Assembly: GCF_009914755.1 (NCBI RefSeq)
Contig: NC_060939.1
Source of the DNA: the human T2T-CHM13v2.0 reference genome, Homo sapiens
Reading direction: 5' to 3' (one strand)
DNA length: 64,000 bases
The notes beneath the pieces are model-generated. The model searched no databases, had not been told where the DNA came from, and saw only the letters and a list, made by a program, of their open reading frames with translations. Shown piece after piece: positions 1 to 16,547 of this stretch (the first letter of the stretch is position 1; every line of letters starts with the position of its first letter). Both the position numbers and the translations under genes were made by a program.

Positions 1-478
1 TCTAGGAAAGGAATTGATCATAGCCAAGTGACTGACATTCTCTCGGTCAGGAAAAGAGCTTGCTTCACAGCCTTTGAAGTATGACTGTATGTGTGGTCCC
101 CTTGTACTTTGGAGACAGAAGGTACTGGCAGCGAGTGTGGTGGATGGGCAGAAGGTGTAGCATTCGGAGATTATTTCTGTATGTAATTAAGAGACTTTCA
201 AGGGTTAGCCAGACTTTTTTCCACTCAAGTGTGGATTATCTTTGCTACCTGTGTTAAAGAATATCAGGTTTTGTTTCTTATTGTGATTTTTGAGTCTAAA
301 TGATCCAAGATTTTTAAAATAGATACATAATGAAATCCAGGCCTCTGAAAAATTATGGCAACATTCATTTGGAGTGTGGCTAAAAACTCATACTTTATCC
401 AATTTGGTTGCCTCTCTCAGTTACTGCAGTTTATAGAATAATTGAGCTTGAACCATGTGAATGCTCAGAATGTCAATG
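1..478 (-). pseudogene. Fossil segment: further spectrin repeats distal to the large L1
   Basis: SIH (465) .. KYEFLATL .. ILKILDHLDSKI .. IHT*VEK/VWLTLESL .. THTVI (80) ~ SLH .. TYTNADKL .. IYQAAHQLEDRI .. FHTHVKELWTWLEEL .. TVNVI; spacings 238 and 148 nt vs 240 and 150 expected. Confidence 0.65.
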
Positions 479-2675
479 GTGGAGTATTTATTCAAGAGAA
501 ATGGCTGAATCTCGATACGAACAACGAGTTTTGTGGTGTTTTAACTTGCCCTATTCCTATCTCCCCCTTCCGTCTCTGTTGTATCCTTGAAAACCAACAG
601 TATACAATGAAGGTGAAAAGTAGCAGCCTGGAAGCCACTAGAGGGGGCAGAATGGGGTTAGAACTCCTTCAAAGCCTCATTCCCAGAGAATTGTCATTAT
701 TTGACCTGGCAGGCAGGTCCCTGGAAGACCTCATTTGCAAGACTGTCTTTATTTTACCGGATTGGAGCTTGCCAGGTGTGAAAAGCCTTTTTCCCAGGGA
801 CATTAGTCAAGAGAGACTCAGAGGCAATTGGTTAATTTTGTGGTTGCCTCAAGTGGTGGCTAAGCTTTGGAGCAGACAATAGGCTAACCAAAAACGTAAA
901 AGGAAAAGCTTGGGAATGAGATGTCCATAGGGACCTTGAAAAGCTCTGGTATTCTTGGGAATTCAGATGGTCATGTGTATGTGTAGAGCTTTGCATATGC
1001 CAAGGGTTATACTCCTGCTCAGGAAAGACTTAAGAACATCTTGAGCTGTCACCATCGGTTGACCCTGACACACAAGCAGAAAGTGAGGCCAAAGGCAGCT
1101 TCCTTCCTGTCGTCTTCCTGGCTCAGTGTTGAAGGGGTGCTCCAACATGCACCCAGAGCCCTTAGCACAGACTTGGAGATGTAGCACAGTAAGAAAACTC
1201 CCTTAGTGGCATTTAGGGAAATTTCTGTCCAATCATTAGCTGACCACTAAACAACCCTAGCAGAGACTTCAGTATCCACGCACTATAAAGAATATAGACT
1301 TTACTGAATTAGTTCAGAATAGTCACTAAACAAGCCAAAAACCCAGCAAGTACATCAAACCCTTAGCAAGGAAATAAAAAGCTAGGTATGATTTCCAGAG
1401 TTGCCACATTGTTCTTTGAAATGTCCAGTTTTCCACAGAAAAATTATGAGACACATAAAGAAGAAAGTATGTTCCATACATGGGAGGAATAAAAAATAGA
1501 CACCTGAGGAAGTCTAGACATTGGATTTTTAGATGAAGACTTTAAATTGGCTATTTTAAATAGGTTCAGAGAACTAAAGAAAAATAATGTGTAAAGAACT
1601 AAAAGTATGAAAATGTCTCACTAAATAGAAAATGAAAAATTATTTTTAAAAGAACCAAATATAAATCATGAAGTTGAAAATACAATAACTGAAATGAAAA
1701 ATTCATGAGAGGAACTCTATCTAGTCTGAGAAACAGAAAAAAGAATAAAGAAAAATGAATAGAGCCTCAGAGAGCTGTGGCACACCATCATGCATACCAA
1801 TATATGCATAATTGGAGTCCCAGACGAGAGGAGAGAAAGAGGTAGAATATTTTAAAAAAAAATAATGGCCAAAGACTGAAATTTGATGAAAAGCATTGAT
1901 TTACATACCCAAGAAGCTCAATGAACCTTAAGTAGTATAAACTCAAGAGATCCGTGCCTGGATACAAAATCACACTGTGTACCAAAGCATCTTGGAAGCA
2001 AAGAGAGAAGTGACTCGTGTACTAGGGATCTTCATCAGAAACTATGGAGTGTAGAAAACAGTGGGATGATGTATTCCAAGTGCTGAAAGTGAATGACTAT
2101 CAAATAAGCATTCTATTTCCAGCAAAACTATCCTTCAGAAATGATTAGGACATGCCCAGATAAACAAAAACAGAATTTATTAGCAAGGCTGCTCTACAAG
2201 AAAAACAGAGAACTTAAAGGCTGAAACGAAAAGATAATAGTAACTCAAATGCACATGAAGAAATAGCACTGGTAAAGGTAGTTATATTGGTAAATATAAA
2301 AGGCAGTACAAATGCATTTTTGGTAACTTTCCTCCTATCTGATTTGAGGCAACTGCATAAAACAATAATTAAAAATCTGGGCATAAGGTGAAAAAACAAT
2401 TTGTATGACAACATTACAAAGGAAGGAGGAGGGAAGAGACTTAGGAAGAAAATTTTTCTATACTGTTGAAGTTAGCATTATTCCAAACTAGGTTGTTATA
2501 AATTGAAATGTTAATAATCCTCAGGAAAAACACTAAGAACATAGCTAGAGAATATATAGTAAAAGCTACAACAAAGAAAATGGTACACTAGAAAATAGCT
2601 GCTAACAAAAGAAGATATGGAAGTAACAGAGGAATAAAGGAACAAAAAAGACAAAAGACATAGAAAGCAAAAAAT

Positions 2676-2817
2676 CTGGTCACAGTGGCTCATGCCTATA
2701 ATCCCAGCACTTTGGGAGGCTGAAGCAGGAGGATTGCTTGAGCCTGGGGAGTTCAAGGCCAGCATGGACAACATAGTGAGGCCTTGTCTCTATTAAAAAA
2801 AAAAAAAAAGAAAAAAA
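2676..2817 (+). mobile_element. Alu monomer (FLAM/AluJ-like) inside L1
   Basis: Single Alu arm with poly(A). Confidence 0.85.
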
Positions 2818-3515
2818 TTAGCAAAATGGCAGACTAAACCCTGCCTTATCAGTAATTGGCATTAAGCATAAATGGATTAAACACTCAAAAGGCAAAGATG
2901 GTAGAATGGATAAAAATCATGGTCCAACTATATGCTGCCCACTAAGAAACACTTTAGATTCAATGACACAAGTAGGCTGAAAGTAAAAGGATGAAAAAAA
3001 CACATGTAAACTGTAAGGAAAAAGCTTGAGTGGATATAACATCAGACAAAACAGACTTTAAGATAAAAATTGTTAGTAGAGACAAAGACATTACATAATA
3101 AAAGGGACAATCCATCAAGAAGGCATAATTTTAATCGTTGAAATTATACAAAACACGTTCTCTGACCACAATGGGATGAAATTTAAAATTGGAAGAAAAT
3201 TTGGGAAACCTAAAAAAATGTGGAAATTAAACAGTACATTCCTTTTAACCAATGGGTCAAAGAAAAGAATCACAAGGGAAATTACAAAGTCCCTTAAGAG
3301 AGTAATGAAAATAACAGAACATACCAGAACTTATGAGATGCAGCTAAACCATCACTTAAAGGACCATGTATAGCTATAAATGTCTCTGTTAAAAGCTTCA
3401 AATCAATAACCTAGCTCTAAACCTTCAGAAACTAGAAAATAATAGCAAACTAAACCTAAAGCAAGCAGAACAAAGAAATAATATGGATTAGAATCAAAAT
3501 AAATGAAATAGAGGA

Positions 3516-3675
3516 TAGAAAGAAAAACAGAGAAAATCAAACCAAAAGCTGGTTCTTAGAAAAAGTCAATAAAGTTGACAAACCCTTAGGCAGCCTAGAA
3601 AGAAAAACAGAGAAAATCAAACCGAAAGCTGGTTCTTAGAAAAAGTCAATAAAGTTGACACACCCTTAGGCAGCC
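3516..3675. repeat. 80-bp tandem duplication within L1 ORF2
   Basis: 3516-3595 vs 3596-3675, 2 mismatches. Confidence 0.95.
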
Positions 3676-3895
3676 TAGAAAAAAAAATAGAGAAGATAGA
3701 TTACCAAAGTCAGGAATGAAAGACTACTACCAATCTTATGGAAATAAAAATAAGAGTTCATATGACAACAAATTAGGGAACTTAGATGACATGGACAAAT
3801 TTCTAGAAAGACATATCAAAACTGAAGAAGAAATAAAAACTTTAAATAGATCCAAACAAGAGATTAAATTAATGAGTAATCAAAAAACTTCCCAC

Positions 3896-4185
3896 AGCCA
3901 GGCATGGTGGCTCACACATGTAATGCCAGCTACTTGGGAGGCTGAAGCAGGAGGATGGCTTTAGGCCAGAAGTTTAAGACCAGCCTGGGCAACATAGTGA
4001 GACCTTGTCTCTAAAAAAAAATAAATTAAAAAAAAATAGGTGTGGTGGTGCACACCTGCAGTCCCAGCTACTTGGGAGGCTGAGGTGGAAGTATCCCTTA
4101 AGCCCACAAGTTCAAGGCTGTAGTGAGCTATTGTCACACCACTGCACTCCAGCCTGGGTGAGAGTGAGACTCCCATCTCTTAAAA
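3896..4185 (+). mobile_element. AluJ-like
   Basis: Dimeric Alu, flanking AAACTTCCCAC duplication. Confidence 0.9.
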
Positions 4186-6259
4186 ACAAACTTCCCACGG
4201 GAAAAAGTCCAGGAGCAGATGTCTTCACTGGTGAATTCTGTCAAACATTTACAGAATACCACCAATTATTCACAAACACCAAAAAACAGAGAAGGAGGAT
4301 ACCCTTCCCAATTCAGTATCACCCACATTAGAAATCAGGCAAAGAAAACAACTACAGGCCAATAGCCCTCAATATAGAGGCAAAAATCCTCAACAAAATA
4401 CTAATGAAAGTAAATCCAGCAACATATAGAAAGGAATGTACACCATAAGCAAGTGAGATTTATCTTAGGAATACAAACTTCAACATACAGAAATCAATGT
4501 AGTACACCATATTATTAGAATAAAGGACAAAAACAACAAGATCATCTCAATGCATACAGAAGAAGCATTTAACATTTGGCAAAATCCAAAACTCTTAGAT
4601 GAAAACATTCAAAAAGCCAAACATGGACTTTTTCATCCTGAGAAAGGACATCTATGAAAAACCCGTAGCTGATATGTTGATGCAAAATACTGTAAGCCTT
4701 CCCCCCCAGAGATCACAAATAAGACAAGGATGTTCTGTCTCATCACTTCTATTCAATCTTGTACTGGAGGTTGTAGCCAAAGCAGTAGGCAAGATGAAAT
4801 AAAAAGCATCCAAATTGGAAAGGAAGAAGTAAAACAATTTGCAGATGACATGATCTTGTATGTAGAAAATATTAAGGGATTCACACCAACATATTACTAG
4901 AGCTAATAAACTAGTTCAATGAGGTTGCAGGATACAAGATTAATATACAAACATCATTGGTTTTTATACATTAGCAATGAACAACACAAAAAATTCCATT
5001 TACAACAGCATCACAAAGAATACTTGGATTTAACATCATTAAAAACCAAAGATAATTTGAATAAATATAAAGAAATTTCGTGTTCACAGATTGGGAGATA
5101 ATATTGCTAAGATATCAATATTCAATGTCAAATTGAACTCCTATTTCATACCGTAGGCAAAATTTGCTGCAAATGGATGACAGACCTAAAAGTAAGAATG
5201 AAAATAAACTCTTAGAAGAAAATGTGGATGTAAACCTTTATGACATTGGACTAAACATTTGATTATTTGATATAACACTAAAAGCACAAGCAACCAAAGA
5301 AAAAATAGACAAATTGTATTTCATTAAAATTAAAAATGTGTGCCTAAAGGACACTATCAAGAAAGTGAAAAGACAACTCACAGAATGGGAAAAATTGTCC
5401 AAATTATATATCTGATAAGGGTCTAGTATTTCGAATATATAAAGAATTCTTACAATTCAAAAAGAAAAAAAATTCAAAGAAAAAATGGTCAAAGGATTTG
5501 AATAAACATTTTTCCAAAGAAGATATGCAAATGTCCAAAAGCACATGGAAAGATCTCAATATCATTAGTCATTAGGAAAATGCAAATCAAAACCATGAGA
5601 TACCATTCCACACACACTAAGATGGCTATAAACAAATAGGTGGAGAATAATAAGCCTTGACAAGAATGGATAAATTGAAACTTTCATACATACTGGTGGG
5701 AATGTGTGAACTATGCAGGCTGGCTCAGTCTGGCAGTGCCTCAGAAGGTTAAACAGAGTTACCACATGACCAGTAATTCCACTTCTAGGCACACATCCAC
5801 ACAAAAACTAGTGCATGAATGTTCATAATGGCCAAAAAGTGCCCATCAATGGATGAATGGATGAATCAAATCTAGTATATCCATATGATGGAATATTATT
5901 TAGCCATAAAGAGGAATGGGTTAGTGACACATGCCACAACATGGATGAACCTTGAAAACATGACATGAAAATGAAATGAAAGGAGCCAGCCACAAAAGAT
6001 CACATGTATGATTCCATTAGTATGCAATGTCCAGAATAAGAAATCCCTAGGGACAGAAAGTAGATGGTGGCCAGGAGTTGAGGGGAGAAGAAAATGGGTA
6101 CTAACTGCTAATGGGTATGGAGTTTCTTTTGGGGCAATGAAAATGGTCTGGAATTAGATAGCAGTGATAGTTGCACAACCTTGTGAATGTACCGAAAACC
6201 ATTGAATTGAGGTAAAATTCAGTGTATGGTATATAATATCTCCATTTAAAAAAATCAAA

Positions 6260-6700
6260 GCTAGTGATGCAACTTACTTTACATATCTGTTAGTACATTT
6301 TTTGGATAGACCGACACTCCTTCCAGAAGCCAGGGAACTGCTGTCGCTGTGGCTGTAAAACAGATGAAAGCAGTACTAACAGCTCATCTGGTTTCAGATT
6401 CTGTTCTTGCTGGTTAACATCATCAGGCCAAAACTGCAGTAATTTTAAATTTTCACTTGGAGAGTCTTCCAACTCACTTAATCTATCGATCAAACAATTA
6501 CCATCCTAGTGAGCGCTCCTCAAGGACTGAAACCTGCTGAAAGTAAGACACCATGAAATTAATGTGTTTGAACATAAAATCAAACGGAAAATTCTGTAAA
6601 GTACTAGGAAGTACTCCTCTGTAAAGCATTTGGATGCCATATTTGCTTTTTTCCTCAGTTTCCAATGCTGTGTTGGTACCATTCTTTAGAACAAAAATGT
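6260..6700 (-). pseudogene. Fossil segment: best-preserved spectrin repeat (includes ORF 6290-6493)
   Basis: LPSTLQ (from 6611) .. H*DGNCLIDRL (TAG at 6508-6506 where Q is expected) .. VLQPQRQQFPGFW .. *QIC ~ TRIO LPSELQ..SQDGKSLLDKL..VLHHQRQLENIW..LQLC. Confidence 0.75.
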
Positions 6701-6769
6701 ACAGGAAGGAATTATCTACCAAAGGTCCTCCTACAACTTGCTGGTGCCTGGCACTGACCTGCACCGTTA

Positions 6770-8060
<1,291 letters not shown>

Positions 8061-8092
8061 TATGTATATGTATATTTAATATATTTTTAAAC

Positions 8093-8839
8093 CTAAGTCT
8101 TTTTCTTTCTATTGTATTTGAAAATATCAATTTCTTCCAGTTTCTTCCTCTGTGACTTTATTTGAGCAAGCAGATGGAAGATTAATTCTTTTACAAGCAA
8201 GTACTAAATTGCTACTACTTTTATAAACACACATGATCAGTTCAGTTCTTTTCAACCAGGGCAATCTTGGAAAACGTTATCTTTTTTTTTTTTTTTTTGA
8301 GTCTCACTTTGTCGCCCAGGCTGCAGTGCAATGGCACGATGTCAGCTGACTGCAACCTCTGCCTCCGGTTCAAGCGATTCTCCTGCCTCAGCCTCCCGAG
8401 TAGCTGGGATTACAGGTGCACGCCACCACACCCAGCTAATTTTTTGTATGTTTTTCAGTAGAGATGGGGTTTCGCCATGTTGGCCAGGCTGGTCTCGAAC
8501 TCCTGATCTCAGGTTATCTGCCCGCCTCAGCCTCCCAATTTGCTGGGATTACAGGTGTGAGCCACCGTGCCTGGCCCAGAGAATGTTATCTCTTCATTTA
8601 ATGTAAGATTCATGTATGATGAGGCTTGGAATAGGATTTCATTCCAAACGTGTTTTATTTGTGTGACTGTCTGGTGGGCCATGGCCACGCGGTCTTCATT
8701 AGGTTTCCCTGAACCATCTCCATTTGACGTATTATGTAAAAGCAGCAACAACAAAACAAGCTGGAGTTTCATCAATTAAGCTTTTGCTTGATATTAAATT
8801 CACAGCATTGCTTTACATCAGATTCATGGCCAGAGTATT

Positions 8840-8840
<1 letters not shown>
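8093..8840 (-). pseudogene. Fossil segment: first spectrin-like repeat (interrupted by Alu 8282-8577)
   Basis: W.*I*..A...A..LMKLQ ~ WIEIRVAF..NATHMLSRLEE; ELIFHLLAQIKSQRKKLEEI..RKK (8188-8100) ~ KVSTMLDRLHSTRQHLHQMWHVRKLK. Confidence 0.5.
8282..8577 (-). mobile_element. AluS-like
   Basis: Reverse Alu, TSD containing GTTATCT. Confidence 0.95.
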
Positions 8841-9570
<730 letters not shown>

Positions 9571-10299
9571 GCACTGACCCGCAGCAGCCTCTGAGATTAC
9601 TAATAGGCTGAGTGTAGGAGTAGCCTGGACCATGTCTCCATGGGTGTGGGGGATAGCTCTTCTGAAGAAAGACTTAGGCTCAGTATTTAGGAAACCTGAA
9701 ATGAAAGTGAGCCCACCTCTGTTTACCTTGTAGGAAGCTGAGCTAAGTGAGCAGCTGAAGATGAAGGGAAGCCCAGAGGTTTTGCAGGTCACCAGAAAAG
9801 CCCTAATTGAAGGAGGTACTATACAAATTTAGAAGAAATGGTGCGTGATTGTTTACAAAAGGTTCCTGAATTTTCAGTGTTTGGCAGAGGAGGAGACATG
9901 GAGAAATACTGAAACTCCTGCTAAAGGTAAACATGAAAAAGTGAGATTAAAGAGCAGAATCATCTGATGTCACAAATATCAAAAGAAAGCAAGAAATAAC
10001 TTGATTTTTGCCTGTGCCTGTGGCCACCTCAAGGAGTTGTCTTCGCACGCCACTTTCCTTTGGGACAGTCTTGCCCAGTCCCATATCTTTGCGTGATCTC
10101 ATTGATGTATCTGAATTGGCAAACCTATCTCAGAGGACATGGAAAATTCCTCAAATAGAATTCATCATGCCTCACCCCAACTCACCCTCAGGTTTCTCCA
10201 AGAAGCCCTCTCAGCCCCTTTGCCAAACCTGTAGCAAGCAAATATAGATGATTCCTACTTGAGATCACTTCCTCTACTTCTATTAGATGGTTTCCATTA

Positions 10300-10636
<337 letters not shown>

Positions 10637-10958
10637 TAGTCATCTTCATCAGGAGTTGTGGTGGCCATAATTTGCAAACTACATTTTCCACATTACCAGT
10701 ATAAAACAGTCTTTATTCTACTTATATAGAAAGACCCAGGAAAATCTGAGAGTTTCATTTGGACCACTTTCATGTCACATTTTTCACTAGAGTCTTAAAG
10801 GTCCATCACAGCTCGAGCATTCATTTGAAAATATGCCATCCGGGACCTCACTTTGGTCACCCGAGTTTCTGAGGAGATGCACACTTCAAAGCATGAATTA
10901 AACGGCTGCTTTCTATTTTAACCTGCAGCTTCCTCATAACAAACCTTTTTAATGGTAC

Positions 10959-11314
10959 TGTATTAATCCATTTTCATGCTGCTGATCAAGACATACCTGA
11001 GACTGGGCAATTTACAAAAGAAAGAGGTTTATTGGACTTACAGTTCCACGTGGCTGGAGAGGCCTCACAATCATGGCGGAAGGTGAAAGGTATGTCTCAC
11101 ATGGCAGCAGACAAGAGAAGAGAACTTGTGCCCGGCAACTCCCCCTTATATAATCAGATCTCGTGAGATGTAGTCATTATCACAAGAGTAGCATGGGAAA
11201 GACCTGCCTCCATGATTCAATCACCTCCCACTGGGTTCCTCCCATGACATGTGGGAATTGTGGGAGTTACAATTCAAGATGAGATTTTGGTGTGGACACA
11301 GCCAAACCATATCA
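10959..11314 (-). mobile_element. THE1 (MaLR) solo LTR
   Basis: TG...CA termini, THE1 consensus in reverse (..GGACACAGCCAAACCATATCA), perfect 5-bp TSD GGTAC. Confidence 0.92.
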
Positions 11315-12642
11315 GGTACTTTTACTATCCAAAGTAATACACAAAGCAGTCACCACTAAGTGATATCCTGGTTCCTCTGAATAAAAGAAACAAAATCCAA
11401 ACAAGACTGAAAGCTAGGAAGTGAGCCCACCCAGACCGGCAAAACCAGGAACTGAAAAATCACTCCAGGCCCGTCACATTTGTAAAGTGCTTTTAAAAGT
11501 TCTCCTCCCAACCCCGGCTCACTTTGTACTTAGGAAAAAGGAATTCAAGGTATAAATTGAATAAATAGATATGATAGTGATGACGTGTGTAAAAGCAAAC
11601 CGTTCATACTTTTAGACTTGTGAAGTCAATTCTGTCGCTATGTTTTGGCCTATATAGAGGTTTAAGAATATTCAGACATGTTATCTGTTACATGAAATTA
11701 TCATTTCACTTCTAAAAATACTCTTCTGCTACTAATTCAATTTAAACAATGCAGCAGGAAAGCTTAATTAAGCTTTCTAGGTTGTTAAAACTCTGCTTCC
11801 AGAAAAATATACTATTCTTAGAGTCTCACAGTCAAATAGCAAGAAACAACTAATATATTATCAGTCAAGAAATGTTGGTCCCTTTCTTGTGCTTAGCACA
11901 GAGCCCAAGCTAAGAGATTTTTAACTTAGTAAAGCCTGAGAGTGGGCAGCTGGAGAGGACTTTGCTCTGCTGGCAATGTCAGCCTCGGGAGAGGGAAATT
12001 GACAAGAGGCCAAATTCCTCCAGGAAATTTGGGACTAGTTGAAACCATCCTACCCCTCCTCACCTTGATGATGGTGATTGATAAGTTTTAATCTTTCAGC
12101 ACCTGGTGTTAACAAGGCAGGCTTCACAGCACCAAAACAACAACAAAGAAAAACCTAAAACATCATTTACAGATTGGCAGCCTGATCCGGAGCCTGCAGA
12201 GGGAGGAGAGAGTAGCGAGGGAGGGGAGGGAGAAACTTGACTCTGTTTTCCAGACGCTGTGAGGAGAAAATCCAGCCTGCTGAAAAGCCACAGGACACAT
12301 GAAGACGGTGAGGTGTTTGCTGGCTGGGTGGAAAGAGGCCTGCAGGCAGGGCCGGCCTACCTGTGAGTGGATTCGAAGGCAGCGTCCCCCAGACGTGCGG
12401 CCAGGAACAGCACCTCATTCCTGGGCACAGCGCTTGGTGAAGATGCTGGTAAACCCCACTGGGCTCCAGCCCCTCTTCTCTGCCAGGCCCCCAGTGCGGA
12501 GCAGGGCACAAACGGGCTTGCCAGTCTGCAGAGGAACAGTCTACAATGACAAACAATCCCAATTCAGAGAAAACGAAGGCTTTCCAATGGCCTAACCACC
12601 AACCAGAGCTGTATAGCGACACAGCAAAGAATCGCTGTCTCT

Positions 12643-12866
<224 letters not shown>

Positions 12867-14803
12867 TTACTATCTCTCCTGTGCAGTCCTGGGTGGGGGC
12901 AGATACTTTTGCCCACATTTATTACAAGAGAAAAGTGATACCAAAGGAAATTTAGAAGATGTAGCGAGGGTCTCACAGCCTCGTTGTAAAAGAGTTGAGG
13001 CTAAAACTGTATCATTCATTCATGTATTCGCAGGACACCCCTTCAAAGGGCAGGCGCTGTGCTGGGCTCTGGGACTCGTGGGTGAACTGCACAGAGCTGG
13101 GCCCTGCCTTCAGGGAAAGAAGACAATAAGCAAAACATACCCAAAGAGATGGTTACAAAGACAGCGAGCACCCGGAAGGAAAATGGAAGCTGCCAGGAAA
13201 GGGGCTCCTGGGCCTACTCACCAGGAAGTCCAGTCCTCACCAGCCCGGAGGCCTGGTCTGCATCCTCAGCCTCACAGAAGCTCAACCAGTCACTTAAAAC
13301 GAGATTGCAGTGATGTTTTACAACTCTGTGAACGCACTAATAGCCACTGAATTCTACACTAACGTGTGCATTTTATGGTACGTAAATGACACAAAACAAA
13401 AGGAAAAGGCTACCAGCTCTCCTTTCTCCCCAGCCCTAACCTCCACACCCATGCCTTTGTCGCCAGGGAGCCACCACCTGCCCCCAACATGACTCACACT
13501 GCACTGACTCTTCCCCCTGACTAACTTCCCAGTCCAGAAGGTTTCCACAGTTGGCCAACCCTGGCCCACGAGTATTTCTCGAACCGCCCACCTCAGCCCC
13601 TACCATCCATCGGCAAACCCCCGAGGGCTCTGGGTCAGTGGCTCACAGCACGGGCACTGCCACCCAGGGAGCATTCAGACCTTTGTGGGGGGCGCTTTCG
13701 GTTGTCACGTGACTCCAGGGCACTGCCAACAGAGGTGGGTGGGAGAGGATGCAGGACAGCGTCTTACAACAAATCCTGGTGTCCCACAGGCCTTTAGAAC
13801 ACCTCATCCACTTCTGTCCAGATCAGTCTGGTCTGCTGTGATCCCTCCTGCTACTCCATTCTTGTATTAACCTGTTCCTCTACTCTTTGTTTTCATGAAT
13901 CTCTTATACAGAATGGCTTCTGATCCTCTTATTTTCTTAAATTCAAAATTGCCCCTCCTATCTAGCTGCCAGCAACCGATTCCTTTGCTGTCTATGAAGA
14001 AGGAGCAGGGCACTCTACAAACACCGGGATCACCATGTGGCTCGGACCATGAGCTAGTGGGGACCTGGACCCCCATCTTCCAGCCAGAGGGGCTGCCTCT
14101 GAGCTCGGCCTCATCTGGGACAAGTGGTTTCTTTGCAGCTTTCCTGGGCTAGGGTCTCCAGTTGCCAGACAACTGGCATTCCCAGACAACTCCCAGAAAC
14201 AGCTGGCACCAGCAGCCAGATTTCCTGGCACCCTGCAGTGTGGGTATTCCCGCTGTGATGGGGCCACTTTCTCATGTGGGCCCTACAAACAGGGAGAGTG
14301 ACAGAGGCGGGGAGCCTCCCGTGGGACATCTGTTGGCCAGCTCCCCACGCCACTGCTCTGCTCTCTGTGGGATGTAGGAGGCTGGGGGGCCCACCTCCTG
14401 TCTCTTGCTGATGCTGACTTTGTAAGGGTCCACATCCTCCGGTAAGGCCTGCTCCCTACCGGGGCCAGCGGCGGCACGGAGTCCAGCCTGAGCCTGTGAA
14501 CGTGCCGCCCTTTGCGTATTCTTGGCCCTAGGGGTCAGATGCCTTTGGACCCCCTCACTCCCGCCGGTCAGCAGCGAGCTCTCCCTCTCTCACTCTTAGA
14601 AAATGTTTTATTTGTAGTTCTCTAACGATGTAGGTCACTTCCTTCCTTACATAAAACAGTCCCCTTTCTCCCACTGCAGTACTTTCCATGCAATCTATGA
14701 CAAGTGCATGCAGGAGGGGAGTTCAGGTCTCATCATTCTAGAAATATTTAACATGTACCTAAGGTCTTATACTAGATACCACTTTGGGGCCCCGCAGAGA
14801 TAC

Positions 14804-15291
14804 TGTTAAAGAAAAATTATTCCGAGGTAGTCGTTAAAGTGCGGTAAGGAAGACTATTCAGGACCATCAGGATAGCTACAGGGACTGCTGCGACGGGCTT
14901 ATACAGTGGGGAGGGGAGATTGGGTCGGCTCTGAATACGGTTCGGGCAAGGGGGAACTGACAGCCAAAGATCAGGGTAGGGGCAGTGGATGGAAAATTCC
15001 TGAGAGGAAACATCAGGAGAAAGGGGGATTTGGGGAATCCGGAGCAAATGGACCTCACAGGATTCTTGCAGAAGACAGGCCAGAGGGAGCAGACCCCACC
15101 CGGGGGATGGTGGAGAGGGAAGAGCTGGATCAGATATCGAGGGTGATCAGGTACAAATGGTAGGGGGTTCTTGCTCAACGGACTCAGCAGGGTTCTTGTT
15201 AAAACTGGATTTTACAAGGAAATGCAAAGATGAGCCTAGGAGAAGGCCCAGGAATCTGACTAAAGTTTGGTCAAGCAAAGGATCTATGTCA
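14804..15291. mobile_element. ERV1-class solo LTR (MER-type, family uncertain)
   Basis: TGTTAAAGAAAAATTATT start, TGTCA end, ~490 bp, imperfect 4-bp TSD ATAC/ATTC. Confidence 0.7.
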
Positions 15292-16215
15292 ATTCCTACA
15301 GATCAAACACAGTCCCTGCCTTTGAGAAGTTCATAATGTATTCATGTGTAGCCACTGGAGTACGAAGACATTAGTAGGAAAGGAGAATGGAGGGAGGGAA
15401 GAGGCAACACTTATAATCCAACAAGGATAAATGCCACCCTGTCCAAACCCACTACTGGGTCCAGTCAAGGATTTTGTGATGTGGCGACTGGAGCGGGCAG
15501 TGGGCCCAGCCATTCTCCCTGGAGCTCCCCCCTTGCAGGCTTGATGGGGGGCCCCTGGAATGTCCCCTCAAGACTTCTCTCTGCTGCAGGACGGAAGAAG
15601 TCTCACTGCGGAGGAAGAGGCAGGCTCCGTGATGGTCTCTCAGGTCCCCGATTTCTACTTTCTTAGACAGGAGTGCTGCATCTGGATGGCATGGCAGAGG
15701 GAAGCCCCAGCTGCCACTGCTCCAGGGACCCTTATAGTTCCACGGTGATGGGGAACAGAAAGAGGCTCTTCCAGGAAACAGCCTTGGGGACAAGGAGACC
15801 ACACTTCTGGGTGATTCGAAGATCAGACAAGGCTCCTGTAAAATGAACGAATGAAGTGAATGAATGAGACGGTAAGTCAAGTGAAATGAAAGGTGTGGGT
15901 GTGGGCTTTGGGCTCTCCACCCTCTTACCATTCCACAGTGTGCCTTCCTTACAGGGAAGGGGGACGATGTCCCCGGGGCTTTACTCTTTGGCAAATATCA
16001 CCATTTCCAGCCAAGGCGCCCTGGGCGAGCTGTGGTTAAGTAACTGAACATGGCGTGGTCAGGGCACACAGGACACCTGTGTTCACAACTGGAAAATGAG
16101 AAAGCAGAGATATGACTTTGTCAGGATAAGGACCACGCACCTCCCGAACTAGGCGGCTCTTGCAGGTGTGAAATGGTGACAACAACGTGTCTTCTTGCTC
16201 ATAAAAATAATTCTC

Positions 16216-16547
<332 letters not shown>

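Larger units (their letters stand above)
480..6255 (+). mobile_element. Old near full-length L1 (L1MB/L1M4-like), decayed
   Basis: L1M-type 5' region, ORF1/ORF2 remnants (KSPG.DVFTGEF, RQGC..S.LLFNLVLEV, FADDMI), L1MB-like 3' end and A-rich tail at ~6250. Confidence 0.85.

Noticed and set aside
479-545. Minus-strand peptide LVVRIEIQPFLLNKYS resembling TRIO VLDWIENHGEAFLSKH
   Set aside because: The DNA looks like the 5' region of the old L1 (TTTATTCAAGAGAAATGGCTGAATCTC..TTTTAACTTGCCCTATTCC), so the resemblance is probably coincidental. It shows that single spectrin-like matches can arise by chance, so it was excluded from the fossil evidence.
630-652. CTCF-like CCACTAGAGGGGGCAG (also weak matches near 17868 and 62722)
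   Set aside because: Imperfect spacing or mismatches; cannot be supported without PWM scoring or ChIP data.
6278-6526. Interpretation as a live 249-nt phase-0 coding exon
   Set aside because: It has two in-frame stops, and homology continues upstream past the putative acceptor.
10940-11375. Peptide EEPGYHLVV.. (LTR removed) as a SEC14 exon
   Set aside because: The match is weak and out of order with the better collinear SEC14 motifs at 9533-8853.
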